Below, piece after piece: positions 1-13,539 of a DNA stretch of 64,000 bases. This DNA comes from Phyllobates terribilis. Lineage: Eukaryota. Below the pieces are notes generated by a model. It ran no database searches and was not told the DNA's origin. It saw only the letters and a list, made by a program, of their open reading frames with translations. The stretch is from NCBI RefSeq assembly GCF_046119375.1, contig NW_027362762.1:354516001-354580000 (forward strand). The letters run 5' to 3'. Both the position numbers and the translations under genes were made by a program. How positions within the stretch are numbered: the first letter of the stretch is position 1; each line of letters starts with the position of its first letter.

Positions 1-168
1 CTGAGGCCCTCGATGTCTCCCTCCCCAAATCCATATAGGATTCCATCCAGTCCAGCTTTCCCTTTGCCTGGCCCTCACAGGGTATCAAATACTTAGGAAT
101 TCCTATTCATAGAGACCTCTCCCATCTATGTTATCTTAATTTTGGGCCCTTTACTGAACAACTCCATA
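1..168 (+). pseudogene. L1-clade LINE reverse-transcriptase fragment carried inside the hAT
   Basis: Same sequence as 28866-29033 and 21166-21335, which lie in the ORF ...AKSEALGVSLP...GIKYLGIRIHRDL of the L1-like RT (FADD motif upstream in those copies). Confidence 0.8.
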
Positions 169-243
169 CAGACCACGGTTGGCAAGTTAGAACTGTAAGA
201 TTCACTACGTGAACCACTGGTGTTTTGTGGAAAAGCACATGTA

Positions 244-1617
244 CACTGTGTTCCAAATTATTATGCAAAAAGTGTTTAGGAGTGATAAGGGAAGAATTTG
301 TTTGTTTGTCAGTTAAACTCATTGATGGTGATGTGTGTCAGGGCTCTTTATATCACTGTAAGCAATTGCAGACACCTGTGCTAATTAGTTTGGCAGGTGT
401 GTCCAATGAAAGGCAAGACTACTTAAGAAGGCTGTCTCACATTATTAAGCAGCCTACATTTTCTGCCAAAATGGGAAAGAAAAAGGATGTGTCGGCTGCT
501 GAGAAGCAACAAATTGTGGAGTGTTTAGGTCAAGGCATGACTACAATCAACATTGTGCGATGATCAGGATGAAGTGTCTTGGCAATCAAGAAGTATGTAG
601 CTGATTCACAGTACACACGTGTGCGTGCTGATAAGGGCAAATTGAGGACTCTTTCCTACAGGCAATTACATCAGGTTGAAAGAGCAGGGGCAAAAAAGCC
701 TTGTCATAGCAGCAGACAAGTTTTTGAAGCTGCTGGTGCCTCCAACGTCCCCCGAACAACAAGATGCAGGGTCCTTAAGAGGTTTGCAGCTGTGCATACG
801 CCATCCTGTCGACCTCCTCTATCCACTTCACACAAGCAGAAATGGCTCCAGTGGGCCAAACATTACATGAAGACTGATTTCAAAACTGTTTTGTTCACGG
901 ATGAGTGCCGTGCAGCGCTCGATGGTCCAGATGGATGGAGTGGAGGATGGCTGGTTGATGGACACCCCACGCAAACACGGCTACAGCGCCAACAAGGAGG
1001 AGGTGGAGTATTGTTTTGGGCTGGAATCATGGGGAGAGAGATTGTCGGCCCCTTTAGGATCCCTGAAGGCGCTAAAGATGAACTCCATAATGTATGTGGA
1101 TTTTCTCAAACAGCACTTCCTGCCATGGTTCAAGAAGAAGAACCGTGTATTTCACAGCAAGATCATTTTTTTGCATGATAATGCACCATCTCATGCTGCA
1201 CATAAAACATCTGCATCTCTGGCTGATATGGGCATAAAAGGGGACAAACTTATGGTGTGACCCCCATGCTCCCCTGACCTCTACCCCATTCAGAACCTTT
1301 GGAGCATCATTAAAAGGAGTGTCTATGATGGCGGGAGGCAGTTCACATCTAAGCAACAGCTCTGGGAGGGTATTCTGTCCTCATGCAAAACAATTGAAGC
1401 AGAAACCATCCAAAACCTGACAAATTCAATGGACGAGAGAGTTCAGAAGCTCCTTTCGAACAAGGGGTCCTATGTGAAAATGTAACATCACCTAGAATAA
1501 AGTTTTGAGTTGAAAACTGTTTGATTTCAGTTTCTAACAATCTGCTAATGCTTATAATTTCAAAAATGACCATTTTTTTGGTCTTTATTAAAATGAAAAG
1601 GTTGATCGAAAAGTTTG
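244..1617 (+). mobile_element. Dead Tc1-like element of DD37E (TRT) type, right end deleted, inside hAT copy 1
   Basis: Starts TA|CACTGTGTTCCAAATTATTATGCA; disrupted transposase 471-1485 (MGKKKDVSAAEK..., TDECRAALDGPDGW, FLHDNAPSH); 37 residues between the second D and the E position (here Q) with an internal TGA; no right TIR. Confidence 0.85.
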
Positions 1618-1943
1618 GGGGATCTAAGAGTGTGGCAACCCAGTAGTCATGATTACTTCGAATTCTGACAATATGAGGGTCATGCTGCAGGTAGTGCAGC
1701 AAGAAGGCACTTATGTGTCTTGCACATCTCGGAGCCCCAAAATTATTTTCCGGGCTAGATGCAGCTAAAAATTATTATTAATTTTAAATCTGGTGAAGCT
1801 TTAGTATAGATGGCCTAATAGGATCAGTGCTGCACACTGCTACAAAGCCCAAATTATTTTCCAGTCAAGATACAGATAAACATGATTAGTAATTTGAAAG
1901 CTTAAAACGGTTGGTAGGGTGATTTTAACCAATCATCAAGCTT

Positions 1944-4900
1944 TTACTCTCCCCAGGATGACACAGGGGTAGAAAAGTCATTTCGGATCCATGATTTGTT
2001 CATCTTTATGAACGTGAGTCTGTCTACATTATCAGTGGAGAGCCGCGTGCGCTTATCTGTCAGCACACCACCAGCAGCGCTGAACACACGTTCAGACAGA
2101 ACGCTGGCTGCGGGGCATGACAAGATCTCCAAGGCATAAGTGGCTAGCTCCGGCCATTTATCCAGATTGGAAGCCCAAAAAGAGCAAGGGTCCAGTGACA
2201 CAGTCATGGCTTCAATGTTTACTTGGAGATACTCCTGTACCATCGCCTCTAGGCGTTGACTATGTGTCAGACTTCTTGTCTCCTGTGGCCTTGCAAAGGA
2301 TGGGCTAAAAAAGTGGTGAAATGATTCCGCAAAATTGATGTCACCAGCAGATACTGTGGTTCTGTTACGGTTTGATTGCTGAACACTTGACGGTCCCACG
2401 GTTGGCAAGTTGGAACTGTGAGATTCACTACGTGCACCACTGGTATTTTGTGGAAAAGCACATGTAAGATTCTGCAACAGTCTCTGCTGATACTCCTGCA
2501 TGCGTGCATCCCTTTCTATGGCAGGAATAATTTCTGCAAATTTACTTTTGTACCGGGGATCTAACAGTGTGGCAACCCAGTAGTCAGGATTATTTCTAAT
2601 TCTCACAATTCGAAGGTCATGTTGCAGGTAGTGCAGCAAGAAGGCACTCATGTGTGTTGCGCATCCAGGAGCACCAAGTCCCTGTTGTGTTGGTGGCGAG
2701 GAAACAATCATGCTTCCTTCCTCTGTCCTCTCCCCCCAACCTCGCACAACAGAAATGTGATCAAGGTCTCCCTCATCTGATGAGTCTTCCATCAGTTCGT
2801 CCTCCACTTCTTCCTGGGCTCCTGCACCTTCCTCACTAGTTTGGCTGCTACCATGCGCCCTGGTAAAACCATCTCCCCCACCCTCACATGCCTGCCGCCT
2901 TGGTGCTGCCGACCGTCTGGACCTTGCAGATGTTAGCCCTTCCGCATACAACTCCTCCTCCTCTGCTTCCTCCACCTCCTCTTGTGCCACCACCTGACTC
3001 CGAATTCTGTTTAACATGTGCTCCAGCATGTAAATCACCGGAATAGTCATGCTGATAATGGCATCGTCAGCACTAAACATCTTCGTCGCCATTTCAAAAC
3101 TGTGCAGAAGGGTGCATAGGTCCCTGATCTGAGACCACTCCTCCAGCGTGATTTGCCCCACCTCTGAATCTCGTTGGCCCAGGCTATACGTCAGAACGTA
3201 TTGCACCAGGGCTTGTCGGTGCTGCCACAGTCGCTGCAACATGTGCAGAGTTGAATTCCACCGGGTAGGCACATCGCATTTTAGCCGGTGAAGTTGCAGG
3301 CCAACGACTTCTGTAGAGATGTAAGTCGCTGAGCTGCGGGATGTGAATGGCGGAAGTGAGCACACAGCGACCGTGCCCTCTGCAGAAGGCCATCTAGTCT
3401 GGGATAGTGGGCTAAAAATTGCTGGACAACCAGGTTCAACACGTGAGCCATACAAGGCACGTGTGTGACATTCCCCGGCGAAGGGCCGCACCCAGGTTTG
3501 CAGCATTGTCGCACACGGCCTTCCCTGGTTTCAGGTCCAGTGGAGACAACCATTCATGAAATTGGTTCTCCAGAGCTGACCACAACTCCTCAGCTGTGTG
3601 ACTCACATTTCCCAGACATTTCAATGTAAAAACCGCCTGATGACGTTGAGCCCTACTGCCAGCATAGTAAGGAGGTGTGCAGGATCCCTTCTGCGCAGTT
3701 AGAAAGCTTGTGGCATGACCAGACAGGCTTTGGATGCAGGTGGAAGACCGAGAGGAGGTTGAGGAGGCAGAAGCAGTGGAGGAACTTTGACATAAAGAGG
3801 ATTGACGCACAACTCGTGGGGACGGCAAGACTTGGACAGCAGCCCCTTGTCCTGCTGTCACCATAGTTACCCAGTGCCCAGTCAGCGACATGTAACGCCC
3901 CTGTCCATACCTACTCGTCCAAGTGTCTGTGCTGAAATGCACCCTGTCACACACAGAGTTTCTCAAAGAAGCGGTGATGTTGTGTGCGACATGCTGGTGG
4001 AGCGCAGGCACACCTTTCTTTGAGAAGTAGTGCCGACTGGGCATCTGGTACTGGGGCACTGCGACGGACATATGGTCTCGAAAATCCTCTGTGTCCACCA
4101 GGCAGAAAGGCAGCATTTCTGTAGCCAAGAGCTTGCAGATGGTGAAATTCAACCTCTTAGCTTTCTCATGACTAGGAGGAAATCGTCTTTTACTTGTCCA
4201 CATCTGAGGGACCGAGGGCTGGCTATTGTGCTTAGATGGGGTTGATAAGGGTGTCCCCGGCAAACTGCCGGTCTGTGAGGAAGATGCAGGCGGACATGTT
4301 AGGTTGCCTTGATCCAAAGGTGGTGCTATCGATGTCGGACAGCGCTCAACACCAGCTGGTGTTACCACCTCCAAAGAAAATGATGACCTGCCAATCACGC
4401 TGGCTGTTGCGGGTAAAGAGGTGGCAGGTCTGCGCCCCAAAACAGGTGTGACTGCTGTCCCCCCAGTCACAGAGGATGAAGAGGCCGCGGATGCACAAGC
4501 TATGGCAGACGGTGGTTGGCCCGGCTGGCTAGGCCGCATTGTAGCACGCTGAGCTTCCCACTGCAACTTATGCTTCATGTCCATGTGCCGGTTCATGCAT
4601 GAAGTACTCAAACTATGTATTTTTTGGCCTCTACTTAGCTTTTGCTGACAAATGTTACAGATAACACGAGTTGGGTCATCTTTATCGATCTGAAAAAATG
4701 CCCAGGCTATGCAAGGCTTAGCACCCATGCGACCTGAAGAGCCACCACGACTTGTGGTGAGAGGCAGAGTTGTGTTTGAGGATGCAGTTGTTGACGTGCT
4801 TCCAGTACTACGTCTCTGTCCAGGAAGGCGCAACCTGACCTCGTCGTCACTAGCATCTTCCTCCACCTCCTCTGCTGACCTCATCTCTTGGCTGACTGTG

Positions 4901-5642
4901 GGTTGACAGTAAGTGGGATCTCCAACCTCATCATCATCACCCTGTGCGTTATCACACCCGTCGTCCTCAGAGCCAACCTGTTCCTTCCCTGACAAAAAAC
5001 TAAAGTTGTCGCTCCAATCAGGTATTTGAGTCTTATCATCGTCTTCCTCATTGTCTCCACCAACAGGAGTTACAGTTTGGGAATGAGGGTCTACATTATG
5101 GTCAGAACCTTCTGCGTCTGGTCCTGGATCCGACTCATAAAGATTCTGGGCATCAGTGCAGATCATTTCCTCGTCTGGATTCACAGAAGCGCTGGAGTCG
5201 ACCTCTGATTCCCAGGCTATAGTATGAGTAAACAGCTCTGCAGACTCAACCATCTGTTCTACCTCATACTCAGACGGGCAGCTGGAGATTTGGGAGCTGT
5301 GAGGAAGCAAGTGCGATTGGGGTGACACTTTGAGGACTGGAGTATTTGTGATGTTGAAGTTGATGTGGAGGAGAGCCCACTTAAAGGAGCACTTGATATC
5401 TGTTGAAGCACCTGCTGTTTTTGTGCCTCATCTGGAATTTGTAGCGATTGGCGTGGCCATAAGAAAGGGATCTTATCACATTGTCCGCTAAAAGAAGTAG
5501 ACATTTTAGTTTGGCTGGAAGATGGTCTTTCTTCTGCAGATGTTACTGTTGCTTTAACACCTACCCCACGGATACAACCTTTTTTCCCCTTCCCAACACG
5601 CCTATTCCCCTTTCCACCAGCAGCAGGCCTTTTTCCATTCAT
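1944..5642 (-). pseudogene. hAT (Ac-like) transposase with BED zinc finger, three 1-bp frameshifts
   Basis: ORF pieces 5259-5642, 3436-5328, 3281-3553, 1944-3506. BED finger AWAFF...CNIC...HMDMKH; catalytic STDTW, VCDNAA, CxxH (PCMAH), TRWNS, SERVFS; hATC dimerisation domain. 1-bp deletions near 5330, 3470 and 3300 relative to the 30808-34507 copy. Confidence 0.93.
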
Positions 5643-5759
5643 TTTGGTGGTTAACTAATTCACAACTCTGGAGTTGTTTGCACAAAAAAACAATGGATGG
5701 GAACCGAGCAGAGCTGAGTGGCCAAACTGTGGTATTAGGCCAAAACTATTGGCTGGGTT

Positions 5760-8245
5760 AGATGCAGAAAAAAATTATATTCAATTTGCAACCTGATGGA
5801 GGTCAGTATAGATGGACTAATAGAACAAGTCCCACACACAGCTAGAAGCCCAAATATTTTTTCAGAGGTAGATGCAGAAATTTTTTTTATTCAGTTTGCA
5901 ACCTGATGGAGGTCTGTATAGATGGATTAATAGAACAAGTCCCACACACAGCTACAAGCCCAATATTTTTTCAGAGGTAGATGCAGAAAAAAAATATATT
6001 CAGTTTGCAACCTGATGGAGGTCAGTATAGATGGACTAATAGAAAAAGTCCCACACACTGCTAGAAGGCCAAATATTTTTTCAGAGCTAGATGCAGACAA
6101 AAAATTATTTTGAATTTGCAACCTGATGGAGGTCAGTATAGGTGGACTAATAGAACAAGTCCCACACACTGCTAGAAGGCCAAAAATTTTTTCAGAGCTA
6201 GATGCAGAAAAAAATTATATTCAGTTTGCAACCTGATGGAGGTCTGTATAGATGGATTAATAGAACAAGTCCCACACACAGCTAGAAGCCCAAATATTTT
6301 TTCAGAGGTAGATGCAGATAAAAATTATTTTTAATTTGCAACCTGATGGAGGTCAGTATAGATGGACTAATACAACAAGTCCCACACACAGCTAGAAGCC
6401 CAATATTTTTTCAGAAGTAGATGCAGAAAAAAATATATTCAGTTTGCAACCTGATGGAGGTCAGTATAGATGGAGTAATAGAACAAGTCCCACACACAGC
6501 TAGAAGCCCAAATATTTTTTCAGAGGTAGATGCAGAAAAATTTTTTATTCAGTTTGCAACCTGATGGAGGTCTGTATAGATGGATTAATAGAACAAGTCC
6601 CACACACAGCTACAAGCCCAATTTTTTTTCAGAGGTAGATGCAGAAAAAAAATATATTCAGTTTGCAACATGATGGAGGTCAGAATAGATGGACTAATAG
6701 AGAAAGTCCCACACACTGCTAGAAGGCCAAATATTTTTTCAGAGCTAGATGCAGAAAAAAAATTATTTTGAATTTGCAACCTGATGGAGGTCAGTATAGG
6801 TGGACTAATAGAACAAGTCCCACACACAGCTAGAAGCCCAAATATTTTTTCAGAGGTAGATGCAGAAAAATTTTTTATTCAGTTTGCAACCTGATGGAGG
6901 TCTGTATAGATGGATTAATAGAACAAGTCCCACACACAGCTACAAGCCCAATTTTTTTTCAGAGGTAGATGCAGAAAAAAAATATATTCAGTTTGCAACA
7001 TGATGGAGGTAAGAATAGATGGACTAATAGAGAAAGTCCCACACACTGCTAGAAGGCCAAATATTTTTTCAGAGCTAGATGCAGACAAAAAATTATTTTG
7101 AATTTGCAACCTGATGGAGGTCAGTATAGGTGGACTAATAGAACAAGTCCCACACACTGCTAGAAGGCCAAATATTTTTTCAGAGCTAGATGCAGAAAAA
7201 AATTATATTCAGTTTGCAACCTGATGGAGGTCTGTATAGATGGATTAATAGAACAAGTCCCACACACAGCTAGAAGCCCAAATATTTTTTCAGAGGTAGA
7301 TGCAGATAAAAATTATTTTTAATTTGCAACCTGATGGAGGTCAGTATAGATGGACTAATAGAGAAAGTCCCACACACTGCTAGAAGGCCAAATATTTTTT
7401 CAGAGCTAGATGCAGATAAAAATTATTTTTAATTTGCAACCTGATGTTGGTCAGTATGGATGGACTAATAGAGAAAGTCCCACACACTGCTAGAAGGCCA
7501 AATATTTTTTCAGAGCTAGATGCAGATAAAAATTATCTTCAATTTGCAACCTGATGGAGGTCAGTATAGATGGACTAATAGAGAAAGTCCCACACACTGC
7601 TAGAAGGCCAAATATTTTTTCAGAGCTAGATGCAGATAAAAATTATTTTCAATTTGCAACCTGATGGAGGTCAGTATAGATGGACTAATAGAACAAGTCC
7701 CACACACAGCTAGAAGCCCAAATATTTTTTCAGAGGTACTGTAGATGCAGTTAAAAATTATTTTTAATTTGCAACCTGATGGAGGTCAGTATAGATGGAC
7801 TAATAGAGAAAGTCCCACACACTGCTAGAAGGCCAAATATTTTTTCAGAGATAGATGCAGAAAAAAATTATATTCAGTTTGCAACCTGATGGAGGTCAGT
7901 ATAGATGGACTAATAGAGAAAGTCCCACACACTGCTAGAAGGCCACATATTTTTTCAGAGGTAGATGCAGAAAAAAATATATTCAGTTTGCAACCTGATG
8001 GAGGTCTGTATAGATGGATTAATAGAACAAGTCCCACACACAGCTAGAAGCCCAATATTTTTTCAGAGGTAGATGCAGAAAAAAATATATTCAGTTTGCA
8101 ACCTGATGGAGGTCAGTATGGATGGACTAATACAACAAGTCCCACACACAGCTAGAAGCCCAATATTTTTTTCAGAGCTAGATGCAGAAAAAAATTATAT
8201 TCAATTTGCAACCTGATGGAGGTCAGTATAGATGGACTAATAGAA
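5760..8245. repeat. Tandem satellite, about 109-bp monomer, about 23 copies, inside the hAT upstream of the transposase ATG
   Basis: Repeating AGATGCAGAAAAAAATTATATTCAGTTTGCAACCTGATGGAGGTCAGTATAGATGGACTAATAGAACAAGTCCCACACACAGCTAGAAGCCCAAATATTTTTTCAGAGGT. Confidence 0.97.
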
Positions 8246-10475
8246 TGATGCTATGCCCAAAAGATTTTACTTCACTAGGTGCAGTAAAAAAATTGGTATT
8301 CTATACACAGGTGGTATATCTTGCAACACAGATAGGCTACTCCACTGACTAACACACTCTGCAATAGGCCAAAAAGGATTAGCTTTGCTAGATTCAGCCA
8401 AATGCTGTGAAAAAAACTTGCACAGCACTGGCACAGACCTGCCTGGCAAAAACTGATAGGAACTGATGTAACCTAGTCCTGAAAAGGACTCCAATTACAA
8501 TTAGTCTTTACTCCCACAATCTATCTATTTAAGAGCACAGACCTGCCTGATAAAAGTCGTAGGAAATGCTGTAACCTAGTCCTTAAAAGGACTGCAATCA
8601 CAACTATTCCCTACTCCCAAGCTATCTGTAGATTTGTGCGAAAATTGGCTTGAAATTAACAAGGTATAGCGCACACAGCAACAGCGGTGCCGTCTAACAC
8701 GCAGCTGCAGCAGTGAGAAAATGGTGGCGATGGGGAAAATGGCTTGGTCTTATAGGGCAAGGACATGTGACATACACTGCCAATGACACATGCCCTTGCT
8801 TGTGTGAAAAAAAGCACTTCACTCCGTGTGTGCGCTGCTGATAGGCTGACAGATTGCACCTCCCCACTGTAAATGCGGGAAAGAGAAAAAAAAAATGGAG
8901 ATCTTCATTGTTCCTGCAGAGATCCATCCCCTGCCCCTCCCCCCACCCCACTGTACACTCAAACTGCGTATTAACATTAATTTTCATCATTACTGAGAAA
9001 AAATCCAGTTATGATTTTGGTGCACGAACAGTTATCGAACATAACCTCGAACAGCCGAATTTTTCTCAAATGTTCGTGTTCGCCGAACGGCTCGAACACC
9101 GCCCAAAACAGCTCGAATTTGAGATTGGCGAACAGTTCGAGTAGAATAACGCTCATCTCTACTGACAGACTCCATAAATGGAAGGCTTATGACTGTTATT
9201 GAAAGTATTGAAAGAGGTTTCTCTTTATAGATTTGGCTCACAAATACTAATGAAAAATGCAGACCAACTAGAATATTGCATTTGTGAATGAGATTAAAGT
9301 CTGTTTTTACATACAGTTTTTAATGCGTTTCAGCAATATTTCACTATTCTTTTTTTTGTAAAAACATTGCAACTAAATGTTAAGGTGCCCATACATACTA
9401 GACTGAAGTTAATTATAATGGTTGATGTCAACCATAACAAATGAAATTTAGCAGCATATGATTATTTTAGCTAGCTTTTTGGGTTATACGGCTGATGCAC
9501 GAATGATTATTTAGTGAAAAGTGATTCATTCACTTGAAAGATCCTTCATCCTTTTACATCAATTATTATTTCCAGCAATACATTGACAATAACTTGAGCA
9601 ACATAGTCGGACATGTATGACCACTTTAACAACTGTAATGGTCAACGTCAGCTATAGTTCAACATTACATTACCATTAATCAACTTTAACTAATGTCTAT
9701 GGCCAATTTTTGTGCCAACTATCATTTTCAGTAATATATAATGTCTTTGTCCACCTTTATTTTAAAGTCTGTAATGAAAGATGAGATAGTCTACATCCAA
9801 ATTGTTTTAGTTTTTTAGACATTTTTAGGTCAGTGGTGTTTTGGGTACAAATGTGTTAGGAACACAGTGTTGTAGCACTTACTAATTTATAAGTATTACA
9901 GGTTGGTAGAGGTAATTGACAAGTTTCTATGAGAGCGAGAGACCTGTCAATCACCAACAATGGTGTTGAAAAAAGCCAGCCAGGGTTGGGCTGGACAAGT
10001 CTTGTCTCCAGCTATGATCTTCATCTAGATCTTCCAACTATATTTTCTCTGAAATGCCAGAGTACTTCAGAGAAATACATTTCTGGCTGCAATCATGTAA
10101 GAAGTGTCCAAGGTTTGGGCACCATGAATCAGCTGACAGGTTCACTTGAAAAAGAATAAAGTTGTCTGAGGCCAATATAAATGAAGGCCACAATTGTGGA
10201 CAGTACTTTGTTTGTGTGCTTGCTACTATGTCTCCACTTAACAAAGAGATAGCAATATCAATTCCTAATACGTATATACAGTATATAAGCATGCATAACA
10301 AATATGATGAAAATACTTATTTTTTATGCAAACAATTGCGCATTTGTTTTTTTTCTCAATTGACACTGAAAATTAATTTAAAAAAAATATATTTTTTGGT
10401 ACCAACCTATAGTAATAAGTGTTTATCAATAAAAACATAGCAGGATTCACAATATTATGTAAAGTGTTTCCTTAC

Positions 10476-10573
10476 TTTTGTGTTAAGTTGGTTGCCCTTA
10501 CTTCTACATAGACTGTAGTGTTTATTTTGATTCCTGTTGGAGGAATGACAAGAGGTCTGCTATACAATTCATC
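10476..10573 (-). CDS. ZPLD1-like (zona pellucida-like domain) gene, coding exon of 98 bp
   Basis: ctttcag|GAT...AA|gtaagg; translates DELYSRPLVIPPTGIKINTTVYVEVRATNLTQ, resembling the ZP-C segment of ZPLD1 (as recalled: [30 protein letters not shown]); phase 0 matches the previous exon. Confidence 0.9.
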
Positions 10574-11007
10574 CTGAAAGAAATATACATGAATGAAACT
10601 GAAATCTATTATAGGACAATATACATTTCTAATATTGATGCATTACAGTGACAATGTGTTTAGTTCCATTTCTTTACAATGGCTTGCAGTCGATAATGTA
10701 GCTTATAAGTAGCCACGTTTCAAGTGACTAATTGGTAACCAGATTTTTTTTTTGTCAGGACATGTAATGAAATATTTTATTTAGGCATTCTTATTCTATA
10801 CAAGCAAGAAAAAAAAATTGAATCACAATGATTAAATAAAAATGGCAACATGATTTATCTTCAGAGGTGTATAATAATGTCAAGGAAATAAATTAATACA
10901 ATTGCAAACAATGGCAAAACCTGTAAGCCTGTGAGCATATCAAAGATACATTCCTCATTCACATTAATAATTGTACTAATTGAGATAAAATGATAATAAT
11001 ATATTAA

Positions 11008-11486
11008 AGGGAATCTGTCAGTAGAATCAACGTTCCTGAGCCGCCTATATTGGCATGATGGTTATAGAAAGCTGAATAAAATGCTACCTTGATATTTGCC
11101 ATCCAATGCCTTATTCCAGAGAAATCCACAATTTTTTTTTAAATATGTTTATGAGCTGTTAAGAATCTACCTCCAGAGCTTATTTTAAATGAAAGGGGGC
11201 ATTACTAATGTACTATATAATGACTGACAGTCTGCTCTTCTGGTCTGCATGTCTCACTATGGAAATGCCCCTTGTCATTTAAAATAAGATTTGGAGTTAG
11301 ACTCTTCAGGACATCTGTGTCCCGCCCATAGATCTTATCAACTCATTTACATATAAAGAAAAAGGTGGATATCTCAAGAATAACACATTGGATTGCAGAT
11401 ATCAAGATAACCTTTTATTCAGTTTTCCATGACCTGGATGCCCATATAGACAGATTAGGGGGGTTAATCCAACTGACAGATTCCCT
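11008..11486. mobile_element. TTAA-target MITE (T2/Kolobok-like)
   Basis: TTAA|AGGGAATCTGTCAGT ... ACTGACAGATTCCCT|TTAA: perfect 15-bp TIR, TTAA TSD, 479 bp, no ORF. Confidence 0.88.
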
Positions 11487-11561
11487 TTAATATTGACCAT
11501 AAAAATTCAGAGAATTCTAGTATAGAAAACAATACTCCAGCCTTAGGTGAGAAATACTTAC

Positions 11562-11634
11562 TACATATAGCTGCATAGAGAGCGTGCTAATGAAGCTTCC
11601 ATTATTGGTAATGACAGCTATATTATTCCCAGCC
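11562..11634 (-). CDS. ZPLD1-like gene, coding exon of 73 bp
   Basis: tctctttatag|G GCT GGG AAT...TAT GTA|gtaagt; translates (V)AGNNIAVITNNGSFISTLSMQLYV, matching the ZPLD1 interdomain motif NNGTFVSTLNLLLY; its first base completes the split GT+G codon of the previous exon. Confidence 0.92.
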
Positions 11635-12029
11635 CTATAAAGAGAAATATTTGTCATTGCTACTCAGAAAAATATAAAATATGATATAAAGAGCATTTAG
11701 CTGAGTTAAATTCTACTGTAAGACAATCCCATTCCATGTCTTCTAATATGTTTCATGGACATCACCGAAACGGGTCCCCTATTCTTTATGATCTTCTAAG
11801 AGGAGCCAATTACAGCTGAAAAAAAACAGATGATGGATATGGCTTGGCTGTGTATTACAATGTTAACTCTATATTTAAATGGTTGGCATGTAATACTAAA
11901 TGTACACTAGTCAAAGGTAGGATCCCTTAACTTACTGAGTTTAGAAATTTCTGCATCATGTATCACAGTCAGGTGCATAAACATGCACAGCTATGCAGTT
12001 TCCATATACAAACATTGGTAGCAAATAAT

Positions 12030-12090
12030 TGCTCCATGGAAGCACCAAGGTATCAATGGCGCTATATAAATAAATAATAATAATAATAAT
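12030..12090 (+). mobile_element. Short L2/CR1-type LINE 3' tail remnant
   Basis: ...AATGGCGCTATATAAATAAATAATAATAATAATAAT, resembling the L2 3' end and the inverted copy at 15244-15426. Confidence 0.5.
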
Positions 12091-13539
12091 TTGGGTTGAA
12101 CTGAAGATCTCAGCATGGCACTGTCATAGAGTGCTACTTTTTTTTCTAGTCAGTTTATATTATTTCTGATCTGCCCTGGGTAATTTTATGCACTAATATT
12201 AGAAAGTGAAAATGTCAAGGAGTAAGAACAGCTCAGTCATGAAACAGTAAAACATGTAAAATCACCAAGTACTAAAACTTTTAAAGAAAAAAAATCATCT
12301 ATTTCCTATTGCATCACTTATTACAAAGTCCAAAACAGCCTTTGGAAGTGATATAAGAAGTAAACCACAGATCCAGTGGACTCTTCAACAATCTTGCAAT
12401 ATAGATTAAGCAGAAGCCTATAGAATCTACCCTACCAGAATATATAGTGCCTATTTTAAAATATGGTTTGTGTTACTTTATTCAGGGCAAAGTTCTTTGT
12501 TTCTAGTGATGGATAATGGTAATGCTACAACATATTAAAACTTTTAGGCAGTCATATAATTCCAACCAAAAAGTACACAGTTGTCTACAGTTTGACAATA
12601 ACTTAGAGATAACCAATTCTATTTCCAGCATGACTGTGGTACTGTCAACAAAGTTAGGCCCATAGTTAAATTAATAGATATACTGTGCATAAATTCAAGT
12701 GATTAGCACACAGCCTTAACATCATCCAACCCTTTTGGCAAGAGTTGGAATTGCCAACATTATTTCCAGTGTTAGCATCAGCATCCAGCAAGAAGAGGGA
12801 AATGCCAAGGTTTACTGGAGGAAAAAGAGAGAGGACACCTCAGCATTGTGAGAGGGCTCATGGGATATTTGACTCTTAGTCAACCTCTACTTGTACCTCG
12901 GCTCTGCCATGTCCCAAATTCAGGATGATAACTAAGGGAAACAGAACACTGAGCCACAGGCTACAGGTCTTTGAGTGAGTTATCTATGCCTAAGAAGCTC
13001 AATAATATTCTTCTTCACAATTACCAAGTGCTGGTAGATATCAATATTTCTCTAAATGACAGCACAATATAGGAAGGAACAAAGATCAAAAGTAAGAATG
13101 AATGTGGAAAGGTAAAAAAAAAAAACTTCTAGCTAACCGAAAAGTACAGTAGCTACATTTTTCAGCAGTAAAAGAGTAAAATAATTAATTTAAATTTTCA
13201 GTATACAGATATAGCTTCTCTCCTTCTTATGGATTTACATCTTTGTTAAAAATTAAAGGAAATGACAGGAAAACATTATTGTATCACTTAAGGGCCCACC
13301 TAAACCTTGATCTGATCCTAATTAGTGCTGACATCACAAATGGTCTATTGGCTGAAAAGGCACGAATTCTCACAAACACCAGAAAATTTTGTGGTTGCCT
13401 TTCTGAAGGAACTCAGACTGTTATATTCATAAAAGGGACCTAATTTTATAATAGCGATTACAGGTTTTGGAATGTTATAACTAACACATATGATGTGAAG
13501 ATCATGTGTCTACATACTTTCAGTAACATGGTGTATGCA

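Larger units (their letters stand above)
1..9161 (-). mobile_element. Large composite hAT DNA transposon, hAT-B type, copy 1 (other end lies outside the window)
   Basis: Ends at TIR CGCTCATCTCTA (9150-9161) with GTTCG/CGAAC-rich subterminal region; collinear with 28866-42810 (offset about 28865 left of the satellite); contains hAT transposase ORFs 1944-5642. Confidence 0.9.

Noticed and set aside
1-9161. Segmental duplication or assembly duplication of 28866-42810
   Set aside because: Similarity stops exactly at the TIR, flanks differ, and the copies have distinct indels and satellite organisation; left-end confirmation lies outside the window.
9162-10475. Next expected ZPLD1-like exon (ZP-C cysteine-containing)
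   Set aside because: No minus-strand segment with suitable splice sites and a matching peptide was found by eye; probably lies beyond the left-edge hAT.
11960-12170. Possible very old Tc1-like fragment around the L2 tail
   Set aside because: Resemblance too weak and short to set boundaries or a family without alignment.
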